In this document: piece after piece, positions 59,723 to 64,000 of the stretch
How positions within the stretch are numbered: the first letter of the stretch is position 1
Layout: each line of letters begins with the position of its first letter
NCBI GenBank assembly: GCA_028534125.1
Contig: CM052832.1
Location: 16,928,001 to 16,992,000, forward strand
Direction: 5' to 3'
DNA: 64,000 bases
Source of the DNA: Lama glama
Taxonomy: Eukaryota
The notes under the pieces: model-generated
Databases searched by the model: none
What the model was told of the DNA's origin: nothing
Seen by the model: the letters and a program-made list of their open reading frames with translations, nothing else
Program-made: the position numbers and the translations under genes

Positions 59723-62434
59723 GTAAAGAGTAGCCAGGACATCACTGTGAGTCGCACTGGTGGTATGGAAGGCATCTTTATTTGGCAGAATGACAAAAAA
59801 GTTTTTAATTTAGTTTTTTGTTTACATTAATGGGTCATTGGTCCCTTATTTATTTTAATGTGTAAATAGAAAAATACTAGTTTTTAATTCAGAGTAGAGA
59901 TAGGATTTCTTTTCTTTAAATATATGTATTTGGGCAAAAGTGGTACTTCAGGAAACAATGAATAAAAGAAACTAGGAAGAATTGCATCATGTACAATTCC
60001 TAGCAATTGTGTAACTATCATGCCATTCCACTCTGTCTGCACTTGGGCCAGGCGTGAGGCCTGGAGGAGGGTGGGATTTGGTGCAGGGTGCAGGCAGTGC
60101 CACTTAGGCCACACCCTCTCCTCAGTGGCAGGGTGCCTCCTTTGCTCCTAAACACCCAGTGCTCCAAAGAGGGGATTCTCACCCCTTCTCCACAGGCCGT
60201 GGTCTCTCCTTGAGCTTCAGGCAAAGGACCTCAAGGCTGAGAAATTATTAGAAGCTTTTCTTAGGGTGTGCTGCCCCTGAGCTCCAGAGCAAAATCACAT
60301 TCGATGCCCAATAATGTAGGAGGTGAGAGTGAAGGAAAGGGGTGAATGAGCTGCTTTTCCCAGAGAGAGGGCACCACCAGCTGGAGCCGGGGAGCTTGCT
60401 GCAGCCTCCACTCAGAACCCTGCCGCAGGAGTTTAACCTTCCTGGAAGATGGTTTGGTTACTCACTGCACACCTTCTCAGTCCTTCAACACCCCTGTCCT
60501 TGCCAAGGGTTCCCCTGAAGTACTGCAAGGGCAATTTGAGTGACAGAGGTTAACTCTTTCATTTTAGGAGATAAACAAAGGGTAGACATATCAGTGTGAG
60601 GGAGTCCATGAGTTTAAGCAGAGGTGGGTCACAGCTTGGGATATAATACCCATAAACCACATTCTCATAGTCCTTGATTTTTCATAAAGGAGCATTCCCA
60701 TCCATTTGTGCCCTCTTAAAAGATTACTTCTATACACATTTTTACAAATAAAACCACTAAGGCCCTATAATATAAAAAAGATAATTTAAAACAAAAGTCA
60801 AATGCCATTTATCAGATGGGCAAACACCAAAGGTTTGATGATGCCTCACTGTGTCAGTGAGAGTGCGATAATCAGGCATGTTAGCGTGAGGTTGGTGGGG
60901 GAGTAAATCAGTATAACTTCCATGAAAGGCAATAGGGCATTTTCCATCAAACATTAAATGTAGAAGTATTTGATCAAGCAATTCAGCCTGTAGGAATGTA
61001 TCATGCAGATATGGCCTCTAGTGTAAAATATGAACAAAAATATTAATGCATTACTTTTTCACTTCATTTTAAATTTTTATTGTGAAAAAGCACACAAAGA
61101 TTGACAATGCAAAAAGTAGAGTTTAATGGAGTGCACATACAATGTAACTACTACTTTGAGAAATTAAACATTGCCGGCAGCCCAGATGCCTCTATCCTGG
61201 CAATCACCCTCCAGTCGTGGGTTAATCCATGCTTAACCACTACCCTGACTTTAAGGTAATATTTTCTTGCTTTATTTTCAGTTTTCTACCTAACTAGAGA
61301 TCCCTAAACAATAAACAGTACATGTATATTCATTTTCATTATTTTTGAACAGTATGTAAATAGAATCACACAGCATATATTCTTTTGTGCCTGGCCTTTT
61401 TGTTGAATGGTATGTTTTGAAGACCCATTTTTGCTGGATGTGTAGCTGTAGCTCAGCTGTACACATTATTTATAAGAAAAAGAAACTAAATCAACAGGGA
61501 GCAAGTTAAACAAATTATGGAATGTTCACAAGGTAGAATATTATGCAGCTGTGAAAAATAATAAAGCTGATCCTTATGCACTGAAATGGTAAGAGCATCA
61601 AGTTCTACTGCTAAAAAAAGCAATATATAAACTGTATATAGTGTCCTACCATTTGAGTGAAAAGAAAATTTAAATCAACATAAACTGATTTGTTTATGCA
61701 CGTTTATTTTAAAATCCAGAATGTGTTTACAGTATTTGTCTCTGGGAGAGGAAATGAGTGGCTGCAGGATGAGGGTGGGAGGAAAATTAACCCCTCATTG
61801 TAGCTATTTGTATAGTTCTTGAATTTTCTAACTGTGTGCACCTACTAACTATTCAAAATGAGGCTAGACACCCTAAATAACTTACCCAAAGTCATATAGC
61901 TAGCCAATGTTATAGCTTGGATTCAGCCCCAATTATTGGGAATTTTGGCCAGATCTCTTTGTAATTTCAAAAACAGGATGGATTGAACCAACGAATGGCC
62001 TTATCCTCTCTAACCTGGGAAAATCTCAGGGGACACTCTGGCTGGGTCTGAATGTTGGTCTGTTTCTTTATCCCATCACTCCTTTTCAGCTGTGTTCTGG
62101 TGGGATTCCACTGAGCTGAAGCAGGGGTTATCATGTGACTGCCCCAAGAAGGACACAATTTTCAGGGAAGGTAAAAAGGGAGAAACCCAGATACCCACTC
62201 TGACTCTAAGAGTCCAGGGGGAATATTTTCCTGTTGCAAAGTAGGGTGAGACAGGGCATGGTTGGAGGCACCAGGTCTGAAAGGGAGGTAAGGGAGTCCT
62301 GATAAAGTAGTGGCAGATCAGACTGAGCAGGACCAGAGAGAACAAGCCCCCAAAGGGAGTCAGGTTGGAGACAGAGGATAAGGTCTAAGCAAGACAGTTT
62401 GGTTTCCAAGGAAGTAGCTGACATATCATCAAAA

Positions 62435-62965
62435 TAAAACTGCATCAAAGAACACTATTGAAAAAGTGAAAAGGCAATCCACAGAATGGGAGATAATATT
62501 TGTAAATCATATATCTGATAAGGACCTAATATCCAGAATATATAAAGAATTCTTACAACTCAAAACATAAAGGCAAACAACTCACTTTAAAAAAAAACGG
62601 GCAAAAGTCTTCAATAGACATTTTCCCAAAGATACACAAATGGCCAACAAGTACAGGAAAAGATGCTCAACATCTTCAGTTGTTAGGGAAATGCAAATCA
62701 GAATCACAGTGAGATAGAAACTTCACACCCACTAGGAGGCTGTACCAAGCAAACACAAAATAACAAGCGCAAGGATGGAGAGAAACTAGAACGCTTTCTC
62801 ACTCCTGGTGGGAATGTAAACTGGTGCAGCGGCTGTGGAAAGAGAGTTTGGTGGTTCCTCAAAAACAGAACTACCATATGATCCAGCAATTCCTCTCCTA
62901 AGTATATACCCCAAAGAATTGAAAACAGGTGTTCAAACAGAAACTTGTAAATAAATCCGGTCACA
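62435..62965 (+). mobile_element. Old L1 ORF2 3' fragment
   Basis: aaggcaatccacagaatgggagataatatttgtaaatcatatatctgataagg; accatatgatccagcaattcc. Confidence 0.8.
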
Positions 62966-63305
62966 GCCTAGATTCTGGGGACAGAATTCTCTGCGGGACT
63001 CCTGTCTGCTGTCCTAAAGCTCCTTCTCTAACCCTCCTACCTACTTACTCAGTTTCAGTAAAAAGTCCCAGCCTTTACCCCTTGTGAGGAGAAACTATTC
63101 TGTGAGATGCCAGGGTGCACGCCCTGAAAGAACTGGCTAGTCCTAGGCCCCAGTGAAGAAGTTTCTAGAACTATCTCACTCCAGACTAGGGCAGGATCAG
63201 GAAGCAATATGGGAAAGGGAAGTGCTCAGACTAGTCAATTGCTCTCCTGAGGCCTGTCCTGCAGCAAAGACCCTATGCCTCTGACCTGTAACTTCTGGGT
63301 GGGAG

Positions 63306-63858
63306 TGTATTAACTGTATTTTCTAGTTTACGAAGTTTTGAGCTTGAGTTTTGCTGCTTAGGGAGGAACTGCCCCCCTCCAGGGTTAGCTACTCCTAGAG
63401 ACAGCAATCAACTCTCCCAGGAGCTCACCTTCTCATATGCAAACTACCCAATCTGGAGTCCACCCACCTGCTTTATCCCCTCTTAAGCTTGTGAGACATT
63501 AACCCTAGGCCCTAAGTGCCCCAGGCCAGGCATCAGACATCTAGGGGCTATACTTTGGAGCTTGCTAAAATTACTCCAACTAGCAATCCCAGACCTGGTC
63601 GGCCCACTGTTGCCCTACCTTACCAGGTTTTTCTGAAAAAAACCACAACAAAGGCTTTCCTGTTGTTCCCCTTGCTCTGTTTGCATGGACTTTGACCTCA
63701 ATGTTCTGTCCTGTGGTCCTGCACAGTGTGTGGTGCCCCACCCCCCAATCTTGGGAACCATGAGTAAAACCATCTTTTCCATGGTAATCATCTTCTGGTC
63801 TGTGGGCCTCACCATGCATACTTGAATAATAGCAAAATATTGGGTATTTTTTAAAACA
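63306..63858 (+). mobile_element. ERVL-class solo LTR (MER73/MER74-like) with 5-bp TSD
   Basis: TG...CA termini (TGTATTAAC...TTTTAAAACA) flanked by GGGAG at 63301-63305 and 63859-63863. Internal actgcccccctccagggttagc...atgcaaactacccaatc. Confidence 0.8.
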
Positions 63859-64000
63859 GGGAGAGCACCCAGTTCTAGTGGCCTGAACTCTGCTCCTCTG
63901 TCCTCATCTGTGCCAGCCACAGTTAACCCAGTGCTTAAGCTTGTGAGGCACCTGTGCACACCTGTTCACCAAATTTTCTCACTTGCTCACATACCTACTA

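Overview
Mammalian (eutherian) genomic DNA from the framework region of the MHC class I interval. It is most likely a camelid, because it carries tRNA-Ala-derived SINEs matching my recall of the camelid Vic-1 family. Three intact multi-exon genes can be spliced by hand with canonical GT-AG junctions: PPP1R10/PNUTS (+, 18 coding exons, 927 aa), ABCF1 (-, 25 coding exons, 844 aa, hosting the mirtron MIR877) and GNL1 (+, 12 coding exons, 607 aa). PRR3, which lies between ABCF1 and GNL1 in human and mouse, is not visible. A 500-N gap sits exactly where it should be. The distal 27 kb is gene-free and repeat-rich (L1, L2, MIR, MER, solo LTRs), with two CpG-rich promoter/enhancer-like patches, strong CTCF motifs and a second 500-N gap. 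No MHC class I exons were recognised. I found no convincing new multi-gene system. The best leads are RNA-level or regulatory: a conserved lncRNA-PNUTS alternative acceptor, a candidate poison/recursive exon and a mirtron-shaped intron in PPP1R10, a pseudoknot-like element downstream of GNL1, a CpG/GC-shifted block inside ABCF1, and an 86-bp triplication that captures a SINE head. Repeat family names and human comparisons come from recall, not database searches, and repeat boundaries without TSDs are approximate.
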